Shown one piece after another: positions 1 through 10,697 of a stretch of DNA of 64,000 bases (positions are counted from its first letter, which is position 1; each line of letters begins with the position of its first letter). Origin of the DNA: an uncultured Acidimicrobiaceae bacterium (GTDB lineage Bacteria > Actinomycetota > Acidimicrobiia > Acidimicrobiales > Bog-793); NCBI GenBank assembly GCA_963849105.1, contig CAWKGD010000003.1, positions 513,428-577,427 on the forward strand, read 5' to 3'. The translations under genes were made by a program, and so were the position numbers. The notes below the pieces were generated by a model that did no database searches, had not been told where the DNA came from, and saw only the letters and a list, made by a program, of their open reading frames with translations.

Positions 1-366
1 TTCGTCGGCAAGGACGCCCACCTCGGCCATCGCGACGAACGGCCAGCCGCCATGTTGTGCACCTTGACGATCGACGACCACCGCGCCTCAGACGGTCGTC
101 AGCGCTTCCCGCTCGGTGGCGAGCCGATCCTCACCCGAGAAGGCGAACGCCTCGTCGACACGCGTGGCCGGGGTTCTTACGTGACGAGTGCCGGTGCGGG
201 TCCCTCGGTCGGAAAGCACATCCTGCTCGCCTATGTCCCCACCGAACGTGCCGTCGAAGGAGCGGGCTTCGCCGTCGAATACATGGGGGAGCACTTGCCC
301 GTCACCGTCGCGACGGTCGGGAGTCGGCCGCTTTTCGATCCCGACAACGAACGCGTCCGCAGCTGA
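1..366 (+). CDS. 3' end of a GcvT/aminomethyltransferase-fold enzyme (dimethylglycine or sarcosine oxidase/dehydrogenase-like); 5' end lies outside the window
   Basis: Frame 1 is open from base 1. The C-terminal peptide ...ILLAYVP...FAVEYMGEHLPVTVA...PLFDPDNERVRS matches the typical GcvT C-terminal barrel ending. It sits directly upstream of etfBA. Confidence 0.6.
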   Translation, partial: FVGKDAHLGHRDERPAAMLCTLTIDDHRASDGRQRFPLGGEPILTREGERLVDTRGRGSYVTSAGAGPSVGKHILLAYVPTERAVEGAGFAVEYMGEHLPVTVATVGSRPLFDPDNERVRS

Positions 367-402
367 CGTGAACCCGGTGCGGGAAGTCGCCGCGTTCCGC
401 CG

Positions 403-1158
403 ATGAAGATCCTCGTCTGCATCAAGCGCGTCCCCGACGTCGGCGGGCGCGTCGCGCTGCGTCCTGACGGACAGGACATCGACACGAGTTTCCTCGGCTT
501 CACCATCAGCCCGCACGAAGAGTGCGCGGTCGAAGAGGCGGTGCGGATCGTCGAGCGCGAAGGCGGCAGCGCGACCGTCGCGACGCTCGGACCCGAAACG
601 GCGATCGAGCAGTTGCGCAACGCGCTCGCCCTGGGAGCGAACGAGGCGGTGCTGCTCGAAACGGACGGACGCGAGTGGGGGCCGATCGCGACCGCCGCCG
701 CGATCGGCCGCCTCGCCACCGAGCGCGGACCATTCGACCTGTTGCTGTTCGGAAATGAATCGGCGGATTCGGGCAACTATCAAATCGGCGTTCGCGTCGC
801 CTATCACCTAGCGTTTCCCGTCGTCACCGGAGTGAAAGCGCTCGAAATCGGAGACGGACGTATCACCGCCCGGCGGGAGTACCTCGGTGCGGCGGAGACG
901 TTCGAGGTCGCGTTGCCGGCCGTCGTCACGGTGAAAGAAGGGATCAACCTGCCGCGCTACCCGTCGCTCCCGGCACTGATGCGGTCGAAGAAGGCGACGG
1001 TCGATCGCGTTCATGTCGAGTGGGCAGACGAGGGGCTGCGCAAGCTGGCGCTCCGACTCCCTGCCGAGACTCGTGGGGGTGCCGACGTGCTCGGCCGCGG
1101 AACGGAGGCCGTACCGAAGCTCGTGGCGCTGTTCGAAGAACTCGGCGTGATCACGTGA
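403..1158 (+). CDS. etfB: Electron transfer flavoprotein beta subunit
   Basis: N-terminus MKILVCIKRVPD... and overall 251-aa length are typical of EtfB. Its stop overlaps the etfA start. Confidence 0.9.
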   Translation: MKILVCIKRVPDVGGRVALRPDGQDIDTSFLGFTISPHEECAVEEAVRIVEREGGSATVATLGPETAIEQLRNALALGANEAVLLETDGREWGPIATAAAIGRLATERGPFDLLLFGNESADSGNYQIGVRVAYHLAFPVVTGVKALEIGDGRITARREYLGAAETFEVALPAVVTVKEGINLPRYPSLPALMRSKKATVDRVHVEWADEGLRKLALRLPAETRGGADVLGRGTEAVPKLVALFEELGVIT

Positions 1159-2138
1159 GCGTGATCTGCCTCGTCGAGCACGACGGATCCGGGGTCCTCC
1201 CGCCGACGAGACGCGCCCTGACGTTCGCGCGATCGCTAGCTGAGGCCTTGGGATCGCCGCTTGCCGCGATGTCGGTCGGTGTACCCGCCCCGCAGGCGAG
1301 CGACGACCTCGCCCAGTACGGGGTGAATGAGGTCCACGCCGCCTCGTTGCCACGACTCGCCGCCTACGCGCCGGCCGCCTGGGCGCGATCGATCCTTGAG
1401 CTCAGCGGCGCGGGCGACGGATCGGCGATCGTCGCGGCAGCGACCGATCGCGGCAATGAGGTGCTCGCGCACGCCGGGGCGCTCAGCAGCCAGCCGGTCG
1501 CCGCCAACTGCTTATCGTTCTCGCGTGCCGAGTTCGGCAGCCTCACCCTCACCCGATACCGGTGGGCGGGCACGTTGTTGGAAGATGCCGAACTCCAGGG
1601 CCGCCCGGCCCTGATCACCGTCGTCGCCGACGCCGCGCCCGATGTACCCCTCGACGCGCCGGTCGCGTTGACCAAAACGGAGTGGGAACCGAGGCTTGAC
1701 GACGCGGCGTTCGTCGTCGCGGTGTCGTCGAGCGAAGCGCGTCCTGCCGGTTCCACGTCACTCGGAGAAGCGCGCGTCGTCGTCGGCGGAGGTCGCGGCG
1801 TCGGCAGCGCAGACGGGTTCGCGCCGCTCGAAGAGCTCGCTGGGCTCTTAGGCGGTGTCGTCGGCGTCTCGCGCGTCGTGACGAGCAACGGATGGCGACC
1901 GCACTCCCAGCAGGTCGGACAGACCGGGACGAAGATCGCGCCGAACCTCTACCTCGCCTGTGGGATCAGCGGTGCGATCCAGCACCTCGCCGGCTGTCGC
2001 GGCGCGAAGCACGTCGTCGCGATCAACACCGATCCGGAGGCGCCGATCATGAGCCGGGCCGACTACGCGCTGATCGGCGATGTCAACGAGATCGTTCCGG
2101 CGCTGATCGCGGCGATCAAAGAACGGCCCGGCCGTTGA
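1155..2138 (+). CDS. etfA: Electron transfer flavoprotein alpha subunit
   Basis: GTG at 1155 forms a GTGA overlap with the etfB stop. The C-terminal FAD-binding motifs ...SRVVTSNGW...[28 protein letters not shown]... are present. The 5' part of the tracked ORF (1020-1154) overlaps etfB and was discarded. Confidence 0.9.
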   Translation: MSVICLVEHDGSGVLPPTRRALTFARSLAEALGSPLAAMSVGVPAPQASDDLAQYGVNEVHAASLPRLAAYAPAAWARSILELSGAGDGSAIVAAATDRGNEVLAHAGALSSQPVAANCLSFSRAEFGSLTLTRYRWAGTLLEDAELQGRPALITVVADAAPDVPLDAPVALTKTEWEPRLDDAAFVVAVSSSEARPAGSTSLGEARVVVGGGRGVGSADGFAPLEELAGLLGGVVGVSRVVTSNGWRPHSQQVGQTGTKIAPNLYLACGISGAIQHLAGCRGAKHVVAINTDPEAPIMSRADYALIGDVNEIVPALIAAIKERPGR

Positions 2139-2181
2139 GCAAGGCGCTTTTGTTCGCGCGCCGGATCGGAGGGCAGCGCGC

Positions 2182-3867
2182 GTGAACTACGACTTCGTCA
2201 TCGTGGGCGGTGGATCAGCCGGGAGCGTGCTCGGGAACCGCCTCAGCGTCGACCGCTCGCGCCAGGTGCTGCTCCTTGAAGCCGGGCGCAGGGATTACGT
2301 CTGGGATCCGCTGATTTCGATGCCGGCGGCGCTGACGATGCCGATCGGCAATCGCCTCTACGACTGGAAGTTCGAATCCGAGCCAGAACCACACCTCGGC
2401 GGCCGGCGCGTCTACCACGCCCGCGGCAAGGTGCTCGGCGGCTCCGGGAGCATCAACGGGATGATCTTCCAGCGCGGCAATCCGTTGGACTACGAAAAAT
2501 GGGCGGCCGAGCGCGGCATGGGACGTTGGGACTACGCACACTGCCTGCCGTACTTCAAACGCATGGAGAACTGTCTCGCCGCGGCGGCCGACGATCCGTT
2601 CCACGGCCACGACGGGCCGCTCGTTCTCGAACGCGGACCGGCATCGAGTCCGCTGTTTGTCGCGTTTTTCGAAGCGGTGCAACAAGCCGGTGAGCACCTG
2701 ACCGACGACGTCAACGGGTACCGCCAAGAGGGCTTCGCCCCTTTCGACCGCAACGTTCACCGTGGGCGGCGGCTCGCGCCATCGCGGGCCTACCTCCACC
2801 CGGTGATGAACCGGCCGAACCTGCACGTGAAGACGCTGGCGACGGTGACGCGCGTTCTCTTCGAGGGACGGCGCGCGGTCGGGGTCGAGTACCGCCGCGG
2901 CCTCGGGCCGCTTCGTCAGGTGCGCGCCGGCGAAGTGATCCTCGCTGCCGGAGCCTTCTTGTCGCCCGCGCTCTTGCAACTTTCCGGAGTCGGCAACGCT
3001 GACGAGTTGAAAGCGCTCGGCCTCGACACGGTGGAGAACCTTCCGGGAGTCGGCGAGAACCTGCAAGATCACATCGAGGTCTACGTCCAGCATCGGGCGA
3101 CGCAGCCGGTCTCCGTCGCTCCGGGTTTACTCCTGCGCAATCGCCCGAGGATCGCTCTTGAGTGGCTGTTCTTCCGAAAGGGGCTGGGGGCGACGAACCA
3201 CTTCGAAGGGGGAGGATTCGCGCGCTCGAACGGCGTGGTCGACTACCCGAATCTGATGTTCCACTTCCTCCCGATCGCCGTCCGCTACGACGGATCGCAA
3301 CCGGCGGGCGATCACGGCTACCAGGTGCACATCGGTCCGATGTACTCCGACTCGCGCGGCACGGTGAAGATCCGCTCGAAGGATCCACAGCAAAAGCCCG
3401 CCCTCCGCTTCAACTACCTCTCGACCGCGAACGACCGACGCGAGTGGGTCGAGGCGATCAGGCTGGCGCGACGAATCCTCTCGCAGCCGGCCTTCGCAGC
3501 ATTCGACGGTGGCGAAATCTCTCCGGGACCCGAGGTCCGCTCCGACGAGGAGATCCTCTCGTGGGTGGCGCACGACGCCGAGACTGCGCTCCACCCATCG
3601 TGCACCTGCCGGATGGGCGTCGATGACGACGCGGTCGTCGACCCCGATTCGCTACGCGTCCACGGCCTCGAGGGGCTTCGCGTCGTCGACGCCGCGGTGA
3701 TGCCGTCCGTCACGAACGCGAACATCAACGCGCCGGTTGTGATGATCGCCGAACGCGGCGCCGACATGATTCTCGGCAACGACCAACTCGCTCCCGAGCC
3801 GGTTGGCTTCTACCGCTACCGCGACGACGAACTGATCAAACGACGACCGGAGAGTGCGGGTCGCTGA
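2182..3867 (+). CDS. betA: GMC-family FAD oxidoreductase, choline dehydrogenase-like
   Basis: N-terminal [20 protein letters not shown] Rossmann motif, [22 protein letters not shown], and a C-terminal HPSCTCRMG...[11 protein letters not shown] signature. Length is 561 aa. Confidence 0.75.
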   Translation: MNYDFVIVGGGSAGSVLGNRLSVDRSRQVLLLEAGRRDYVWDPLISMPAALTMPIGNRLYDWKFESEPEPHLGGRRVYHARGKVLGGSGSINGMIFQRGNPLDYEKWAAERGMGRWDYAHCLPYFKRMENCLAAAADDPFHGHDGPLVLERGPASSPLFVAFFEAVQQAGEHLTDDVNGYRQEGFAPFDRNVHRGRRLAPSRAYLHPVMNRPNLHVKTLATVTRVLFEGRRAVGVEYRRGLGPLRQVRAGEVILAAGAFLSPALLQLSGVGNADELKALGLDTVENLPGVGENLQDHIEVYVQHRATQPVSVAPGLLLRNRPRIALEWLFFRKGLGATNHFEGGGFARSNGVVDYPNLMFHFLPIAVRYDGSQPAGDHGYQVHIGPMYSDSRGTVKIRSKDPQQKPALRFNYLSTANDRREWVEAIRLARRILSQPAFAAFDGGEISPGPEVRSDEEILSWVAHDAETALHPSCTCRMGVDDDAVVDPDSLRVHGLEGLRVVDAAVMPSVTNANINAPVVMIAERGADMILGNDQLAPEPVGFYRYRDDELIKRRPESAGR

Positions 3868-3886
3868 GTGGAGAGGCGCCGCCCTA

Positions 3887-5098
3887 TCAGCTCGAGCCGG
3901 TCACTTCGCGCGACGTCTCGCTTCGATGACGTGTGACGAGCGCGACGGCAATCAGCGCAGCCACCATTGCGGCGGGAAGCAGCGTCAGGGACCCGTAACC
4001 CAGCGTCTCTCCGAGCGCGCCGCCCGCGATCGGGGCGATCAAATATCCGATCATCGCCATCTGCGACCAAACGACCATCGCGCTGACGATGCGCTCGCTC
4101 GGGACGGCTTCGAGCAAAAGTCCCGTCGCCCCGGTCTGGCCAACGCCGATCCCGGTGCCGAGTAGCGCCAGCCCGACGAGCCACGTCACAACGATGCTCG
4201 TCGCACCGGCGAGTTCGATCCCGGCGATGAGGAGCGCAATGCCGATTGCGGTGGCTTGTCCAGGCCGCAGTCGCGTCGCCCCAACCGATCCGCATCCAAC
4301 GAGAAGCGCCAGTCCGACGTACGCGCCACCGATCTCGGGCTGTGACAGATGCTTCGCAAAGTGCAGAGGGAGGACGCCGTCGACGAGACCTGTTCCAAGG
4401 ATCGCCACCGTGATCGCGATCGCCGCCACCCAGAAGCCGAGCCGACGGAGCTCCGTCCGGTCCGCTTGGAACACGCGACGCTCCGGCGAGACGGGGATGA
4501 AGGTCGCGATCAATCCTCCGAGGGCGACCAGCGCGAGATAGGTGACGAACGGACGGTCGATTCCGCCGATTGCGCCGAGCCCCGGTCCGAGCAGCGCACC
4601 GATTGAGTACGCCGCGAAGACTCGACTCATCGAGACGTATCCCTGACCCGGCCGGCTTTCGAGCGCGCTGAACGAGATGCCGAGCCACAGCCCACCCGAG
4701 CCAAAACCCATCACGGCCCGGGACGCGATGTACCCGGACAGGGAACCCGACGCGACGAAGCCCAGTGTGCCGCCCGCGACGACGGCCAAAGCCGCGAGCA
4801 GTGTCGTGCGGGCGCCGAATCGCCGCACCATGCCGCCCCCCGCCACGAACCCGGCAAGCATGCCGATCGGGAAACTGGCGACGACGAACCCGGCGACGAG
4901 CGGGCTCGAACGCGTCGTCCGTGCGAGCGCGGGCAGGACGGGTCCGATGATGCTGTAACCGGCGGAGTCGACGACGGCGAGCGCGAGCAGGATGACGTAC
5001 GCGACCGCCTGGCGATCGAGGCTTCGGCCGAGCATCAGTGCCTGACGCGTGCGAGACCGTGCCGGCGCCTCGGGGGTACCGCCGAGTCCCGTCGCCAT
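3887..5098 (-). CDS. MFS transporter (start uncertain: ATG 5098 or 5035)
   Basis: About 12 hydrophobic segments after ...AVAYVILLALAVVDSAGYSIIGPVLPALA. The first ~95 codons of the tracked ORF are Arg-rich and non-membrane, so an internal ATG was chosen. Confidence 0.7.
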   Translation of the reverse strand: MATGLGGTPEAPARSRTRQALMLGRSLDRQAVAYVILLALAVVDSAGYSIIGPVLPALARTTRSSPLVAGFVVASFPIGMLAGFVAGGGMVRRFGARTTLLAALAVVAGGTLGFVASGSLSGYIASRAVMGFGSGGLWLGISFSALESRPGQGYVSMSRVFAAYSIGALLGPGLGAIGGIDRPFVTYLALVALGGLIATFIPVSPERRVFQADRTELRRLGFWVAAIAITVAILGTGLVDGVLPLHFAKHLSQPEIGGAYVGLALLVGCGSVGATRLRPGQATAIGIALLIAGIELAGATSIVVTWLVGLALLGTGIGVGQTGATGLLLEAVPSERIVSAMVVWSQMAMIGYLIAPIAGGALGETLGYGSLTLLPAAMVAALIAVALVTRHRSETSREVTGSS

Positions 5099-5343
5099 CT
5101 CGAAGAGCCGCTCCGAGATCGTCAAGTCGGTCCCCCCTGGATCGTGACGGCGATCAGAAGCTATCCGAGCAGGTATCGCGAGGCGCGGGAGCGGCAAGAC
5201 GACCACGCGCGATTCCCCTTGTGTTCTGGAGCGCGGTGTTCTTGAGCGCGATCGGCGCCGTTCACGACCGTCTTCGATCTGCGCGGCCCGAGGCCTTCCG
5301 TGACGCTGTCCTCGAAACGGGGCATCGTCTAACCTCGGCACGC

Positions 5344-5991
5344 ATGCAGACCTCTCCGATTGATTCATGGGTCGACGCCGCATTGCAGGGCCGTCGGCTG
5401 CTGACGCACCCCTTTTATCGGCGCTGGGAAGGCGGAGAAGTGTCGATGCTCGAGCTCAAGTCGTACGCCGAGCAGTACCGCCACTTCGAGAATTACCTTC
5501 CCGGTTTCCTGACCGAGATCGTCTCCTTGTTGCCCGAGGGACCTGGCCGAGCGCTCGTGCAGGCGAACCTCGACGACGAGCTCGGCGACCCGATCCCGCA
5601 CGTCGAACTGTTCGAGCAGTTCGCCGACGCGGTCGGCGCGGATGATAAGCGGCCTTCCCCGGCCACCGGGCATCTTCTCGTGACCTACGAAGCGCTCCTT
5701 TTTGAGGGGCCTGAGTCCGGGCTCGCCGGCTTTCTTGCGTACGAATCGCAAGCCGCAGAGGTTGCGGCGAACAAGGCGGACGGGCTCCGAAAGCACTACG
5801 GGTTGAACTCGAAGGCCGTCGCGTTCTGGGATCACCACGCTCGGGTCGATATCGAGCACCGCGAATGGACGCGCCAAGCCGTCGCTGACTCGGCGACGAA
5901 CGCACCACAAATCCAAGCGGCGCTTCGCGACGCCGCCGATGCGTGGTGGGCGTTCCTCGACGAGCGCGAGGTCCTCGCCTCCGCCGCCTGA
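5344..5991 (+). CDS. TenA/PqqC/CADD-like haem-oxygenase-fold (iron-containing redox enzyme family) protein
   Basis: ATG at 5344. The sequence LLTHPFYRRWEGGEVSMLELKSYAEQYRHFENYLPGFL is the family-typical opening helix pair. Confidence 0.6.
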   Translation: MQTSPIDSWVDAALQGRRLLTHPFYRRWEGGEVSMLELKSYAEQYRHFENYLPGFLTEIVSLLPEGPGRALVQANLDDELGDPIPHVELFEQFADAVGADDKRPSPATGHLLVTYEALLFEGPESGLAGFLAYESQAAEVAANKADGLRKHYGLNSKAVAFWDHHARVDIEHREWTRQAVADSATNAPQIQAALRDAADAWWAFLDEREVLASAA

Positions 5992-6040
5992 TCGACGCGC
6001 CGCGCTCTCGGCGAGCGCCGACGTCATCGGGAAGGGATCG

Positions 6041-7492
6041 ATGATCGAGTACTCGATGCTCATCGGCGGCGAGTGGACCGATTCTGAGTCGGGTGCTCGC
6101 TTCGTCGCGACGAGCCCGTCGTCAGGTGAAACGATCGGCACGATCCCCGAAGGGACGCGCGCCGACGCACAGCGCGCCATCGCGGCGGCGAACGCGGCTT
6201 CGGATCACTGGGCGCGTCGCTCTGCTTTCGATCGGCAAAAGGCAATGCGTCGCGTCGCGAGCGGTATCGACGCCCGCCGCGACGAGTTCGCCCGTGTACT
6301 GACGCGCGATCAGGGCAAGCCGCTGCGCGCCGAGTCCTACGACGAGGTCGAGGAGCTGATCACCTACTTCGAGATGGCGGCCGAAGATGCCACCCGCCTC
6401 GAAGGGGCGCTACCGCCATCGAACGATGCCAACAAGCGCGTCCTTTTGTACCGGGTCCCGCGCGGTGTTGTTGGTGTGATCAGCCCCTGGAACTGGCCGT
6501 ACACGATGCCCGCCGAGCTCCTCGCGCCGGCGCTCGCCGCCGGGAACACCGTCGTGTGGGCTCCGGCTCCCTCGACGAGTGTCTGCGCGGCGACCCTCGC
6601 CGACGCGATCGCTGAGGCCGACCTGCCGGCCGGCGTTCTCAACTTGGTCACCGGCCCGGGACCAGTCGTCGGTGACGAGATCGCCGCCAATTCGGGGACG
6701 CAGGCGATCGGTTTTGTCGGCTCCACCGCGACCGGCATCACGATTGCGCAGCGCGCAGCGGGAAAGGAACTCCTGCTCGAGATGGGCGGCAACGGTCCGC
6801 TCGTCATCCTCGAAGACGCCGATCTCGACGCCGCTGTTGAAGCGACGCTCACCGCGTGTTTCTTGAACGCCGGACAGAGTTGTACTGCTGGCGAGCTGAT
6901 CCTTGTCGCGAGGGAGGTTTACGACGACTACGTAACGAAGTTGTCTGCGGCGGTCGCGGAGAAGATCCGTGTCGGCGATCCGTTCGATGAAGAGACGACG
7001 ATGGGCCCGCTCAACAACGGCGGAGTTGTGGCGAAGACCGAGGCGCACGTCGCACAAGCGATCGATAAGGGAGCGACGATCGTCACCGGCGGGCACAGGG
7101 CGAAGGGACTCGGCAGCGACCTGTTTTTTGAGCCGACGGTGATCGCCGGGGTCGATCTCGCGATGACGATCTCCCGCGAAGAGACCTTCGGTCCCGTCGC
7201 GCCGGTTGCCGCGATCGAGAGTGAGCGCGAAGCGATCGATCTCGTCAACCATTCCGAATACGGGTTGCTCTCTGCGGTGTTCACTCGGGACCTCGAACGC
7301 GGTCTTCGATTCGCCGAGGCGGCGCGCACCGGTTGGGTGAACGTGAACGAGGGTACGAATTACTGGGAATCGCACCTGCCCTTTGGTGGTCGGTCCGGAT
7401 CGAAGAGCGGCGTCGGGCGGGTCGGCGGAAGGTATCTGATGGAGCGCTTCACCGAGCTGAAGACGGTCGTGATCAACCTCGGAGGGCTGTAG
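6041..7492 (+). CDS. NAD(P)-dependent aldehyde dehydrogenase (betaine-aldehyde dehydrogenase candidate by context)
   Basis: ATG 6041 is preceded by GGGAAGGG. ALDH motifs are present: VISPWNWP, ELGGNGP-like LEMGGNGPLVI, catalytic-Cys region NAGQSCTAGE, and EETFGPV. Confidence 0.85.
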   Translation: MIEYSMLIGGEWTDSESGARFVATSPSSGETIGTIPEGTRADAQRAIAAANAASDHWARRSAFDRQKAMRRVASGIDARRDEFARVLTRDQGKPLRAESYDEVEELITYFEMAAEDATRLEGALPPSNDANKRVLLYRVPRGVVGVISPWNWPYTMPAELLAPALAAGNTVVWAPAPSTSVCAATLADAIAEADLPAGVLNLVTGPGPVVGDEIAANSGTQAIGFVGSTATGITIAQRAAGKELLLEMGGNGPLVILEDADLDAAVEATLTACFLNAGQSCTAGELILVAREVYDDYVTKLSAAVAEKIRVGDPFDEETTMGPLNNGGVVAKTEAHVAQAIDKGATIVTGGHRAKGLGSDLFFEPTVIAGVDLAMTISREETFGPVAPVAAIESEREAIDLVNHSEYGLLSAVFTRDLERGLRFAEAARTGWVNVNEGTNYWESHLPFGGRSGSKSGVGRVGGRYLMERFTELKTVVINLGGL

Positions 7493-7567
7493 GCGCGGTC
7501 GGCGTTTTGCCCTCCGCCGAGAGCGAAAGCCCCTAAGGATCGAGCATCAACCCGACGCGGCGAAGTC

Positions 7568-8449
7568 TCAGACGTGTCGCTCGAGGAAGTCGGAAACGAC
7601 CGACACGTAGCGGTCCTGCTCCTCGACAAAGGTCATGTGACCGGAGTGCTCGAAGACGACGAGTTCGGCGTCTGGCAGGCGGGCAGCCATCTCGACCGCC
7701 GCCTCGGCGCAGCACGTGCGGTCGTGGCGTCCGGCGAGGACGAGGACCGGCTGTGGCACGGAGGCGAGGACCTCTTCGACCTCGATCCCTCCGTACTGCT
7801 TGCCGGCAAAGGTGCGGAGCACATCCGGCGCGTAGCGCGAGTCGGCCGTACGGCGCTCGTACTCCTCGATCCTTGGATCGCGCGGATCGGCGAAATGAAA
7901 TGGGTTCTGCGCTTTCATCAGCGCGGCGACGTCGGCCTCGGTCTTCACCTTCGTCTCGTTCGCCCACGACTCGGACACTTGGATTCGGAGCTCGACCGGC
8001 TCGAAGCGCGTGAGCTCATCATCGATCCGCGCGAGCCAGCGGGAGGACGCGACACCGCTCGAGACGATCGCAGCCACTGCCGCGCCAGAAAAGTCGACGG
8101 CGTGCTGAAGCGCGACGAACGAGCCGTACGAGTGACCGAGCACGGCGTACCGAGTGAGATCGAGCGCGATGCAAAGATCCGAAACATCGGCCGCCATGCG
8201 CTTCAGTGTCCACGTCTTTGGTGGTGCCGAACGGTCCGAGCGCCCTTGCGCGCGCTGATCGACCATCAAGAGCCGGTAGCGCTCCGACGCCGCGATCGGG
8301 TCGAGATAGTCACCGAACTCGTGGTGATCGAGTCCCGGACCACCGTGGAGGACGACGACCGGAAACGCTTGGTCTTCGCCGCGTTGTTCGATATAGAGCT
8401 TGGTGTCAGCGACCGGGACCAATCCTCCGGATGTCTTCATCCTCGCCAT
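7568..8449 (-). CDS. Alpha/beta hydrolase, prolyl aminopeptidase-like
   Basis: HGGPGLDHHEF oxyanion region and a GHSYG nucleophile elbow. Length is 293 aa. Confidence 0.75.
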   Translation of the reverse strand: MARMKTSGGLVPVADTKLYIEQRGEDQAFPVVVLHGGPGLDHHEFGDYLDPIAASERYRLLMVDQRAQGRSDRSAPPKTWTLKRMAADVSDLCIALDLTRYAVLGHSYGSFVALQHAVDFSGAAVAAIVSSGVASSRWLARIDDELTRFEPVELRIQVSESWANETKVKTEADVAALMKAQNPFHFADPRDPRIEEYERRTADSRYAPDVLRTFAGKQYGGIEVEEVLASVPQPVLVLAGRHDRTCCAEAAVEMAARLPDAELVVFEHSGHMTFVEEQDRYVSVVSDFLERHV

Positions 8450-8507
8450 CTCCGCTTTTTCGGTCGGGGCTGCAAACGCCAGATCGACCAGGCGATCAAC
8501 TTCGATG

Positions 8508-9263
8508 TCAGATTGGCGCCACCCACAATCGAGCGGCCAAAGCCAAACCGGTCAGGGCAGCGAGCCAACGCAGTAGGTTGCCCGGCAAGCGCCGCGCGAC
8601 GGCAGGTCCAATCATGCTGCCAATAAGCATTCCGGACGCTAACGGCGCCACCGCCATCCAATCGACATGTCCGAACGCGATGAGTGCAACGGCGGAGATG
8701 CCCGTGCCGAAACCGATGAGCATGTTCTTCAGTGCGTTCGCTGTCGCGACGCGATGATCGACGGATATCAACATGATGCTGAGCATCATGATCCCCGCTC
8801 CTGCGCCGAAGTAGCCGTTGTACGTCGACACTGCAAAAACGCCGCCCGGCACGAGAAGCCGATTCCCGCGGCCGCGACGAGCCTCAACCCACAAAGAGAA
8901 CCTTGGTTGAAGCAAAATGCCGAATGAGGCGAACGCCAGTAAGTACGGCGCGACCATCGTGAGCACGGCCGCTGGCGTCGATAACAACAAACCAGCGCCA
9001 ATCGCGCCTCCTGCCGCCGTCACCAGGACCCTTCGCCGGAGCCAGGCGCCCTTTCCTTGCAGTTCCGGGCGCGAAGCGACCGCGGCGCCCGGCCCGCACG
9101 CCGCCGCCGCGACGATGTTCGAAACGGTTGCTGGAAAGACGGGAATGCCGACCGAGAGCAGCGCGGGGTAGGCGATCAGGCTCGTGACACCGCCGGCGGT
9201 ACCTACCACGCCAGCGATCACTCCGGCCCCGAGCAACAGCGCAGCGTCAGGGAGAGTGATCAC
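8508..9263 (-). CDS. TauE/SafE-family anion exporter membrane protein
   Basis: Eight-TM-like hydrophobic profile. N-terminal GAGVIAGVVGTAGGVTSLIAYPALL is typical of the family. Confidence 0.7.
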   Translation of the reverse strand: MITLPDAALLLGAGVIAGVVGTAGGVTSLIAYPALLSVGIPVFPATVSNIVAAAACGPGAAVASRPELQGKGAWLRRRVLVTAAGGAIGAGLLLSTPAAVLTMVAPYLLAFASFGILLQPRFSLWVEARRGRGNRLLVPGGVFAVSTYNGYFGAGAGIMMLSIMLISVDHRVATANALKNMLIGFGTGISAVALIAFGHVDWMAVAPLASGMLIGSMIGPAVARRLPGNLLRWLAALTGLALAARLWVAPI

Positions 9264-9472
9264 AACGACGCAGAAACTACGTCGAGCGCACCTTCAGCGA
9301 ATGATGAATCGGTCGCTCCTTCGACGCGCGCGCCGAAACCTCTGGCAACGCCTGCCAAATCTTTCAAAAGTCCATCAAAGTTCATCTGCTCGTCACCGGA
9401 CCGTACGGTACGATCCCGCCGGCGATCTCAGCGGGCCCCGCCACCCGCTCATGAATCTCACTGGGGGTTTTC

Positions 9473-10669
9473 ATGAAATATCTGTCGGGATCACGCTGGT
9501 CCCGGTTGGCCTCGGCCGGAGTCGCCGTCAGCGCGCTGACCTTGATCGCGGCTTTTGGACCGGTCAGTTCGTCGAGCGCCGTGTCCGCGCGGTCATCGGC
9601 GTCGTGCTGGGCGACGGCGGTCGATATCTCATCGTGCGGCGGAATGACGGCCCTCGTTGCCGCCGCCAAGAAGGAGGGGACGCTCAACCTCACCGCGGAC
9701 CCCGATACCTGGGCGAACTACGGCAACATCATCAAGGACTTCGGCAACAAGTACGGCCTCCACGTCAATGACTTCAACCCGAATGGAACCAGCGCCGAGG
9801 AGCTGAGCGAGATCGTCCTCGATCGCGGTAAGGGCAACGAGCCCGACGTCGTCGATGTCGGACCATCCTTCGCGTATGAGGGCGTGCACGGAGAGCCGGG
9901 AGTCTTCAAGGGGCCGATCTTCGCCAAGTACAAGACCCTCGAGTGGAGCGAGATCCCGGCGGCTTGGAAGAGCGGCGTCGGCTACTGGACGTTCGACTAC
10001 AGCGGCGTCATGTCGCTCGGATACAACGCCAGTGTGATCACGACTCCCCCGACCACTTGGTCTTCGCTGCTTCTCCCGGAGTTCAAGGACGGGGTCGGAT
10101 TGAGCAATGACCCGACGTCTTCGAATGCCGGTTTCTCCGCTGTCTACGCGGCCGCGATCGACAACGGCGGGTCGCTGAGCAACATCCTGCCCGGCATCAA
10201 CTGGTTCAAGCAGCTAAAGGCCGCTGGTAACTACAATCCGGTTGAGGCCGGCGGCGCTGGCGACGCGCCGATGGCCGACAAGACGGTCCTTGCCACCCTC
10301 GACTGGACCTACAACCAGCTTTCGTGGGCGAAGGAACTGAAGTCCGTCGGCATCGACTGGAAGATCGTGATCCTCAAGGGCACGCCGTACGCCTCGTACT
10401 ACGCCATGGCGATCAGCAAGTACGCGCGTGACCCAGCTGCGGCCCGTCTCTTCCTCGAGTACATGTACTCGCCGACGGGCCAGAACCTGTGGCTCGAAGG
10501 TGGAGCGGTACCGGCAACGATCACGACGATGCAGAAGGACGGCACGGTGAGCAAGGCAGCCGAAGCTGCCATCCCGAAGCTTCCGAAGCCGCCAGTCCTC
10601 GCGACCAACGCGCAGGCAACCGCTGCGAAGGCGCTCGTGGTCTCCGATTGGGCTTCTGCAGTCGGCTAA
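9473..10669 (+). CDS. ABC transporter substrate-binding protein (PotD/AfuA-like)
   Basis: Signal-peptide-like N-terminus. It is the first gene of a four-gene importer operon with overlapping starts and stops. Confidence 0.75.
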   Translation: MKYLSGSRWSRLASAGVAVSALTLIAAFGPVSSSSAVSARSSASCWATAVDISSCGGMTALVAAAKKEGTLNLTADPDTWANYGNIIKDFGNKYGLHVNDFNPNGTSAEELSEIVLDRGKGNEPDVVDVGPSFAYEGVHGEPGVFKGPIFAKYKTLEWSEIPAAWKSGVGYWTFDYSGVMSLGYNASVITTPPTTWSSLLLPEFKDGVGLSNDPTSSNAGFSAVYAAAIDNGGSLSNILPGINWFKQLKAAGNYNPVEAGGAGDAPMADKTVLATLDWTYNQLSWAKELKSVGIDWKIVILKGTPYASYYAMAISKYARDPAAARLFLEYMYSPTGQNLWLEGGAVPATITTMQKDGTVSKAAEAAIPKLPKPPVLATNAQATAAKALVVSDWASAVG

Positions 10670-10697
10670 TCATTCCGATTCGCAACAAAATGGTTCA

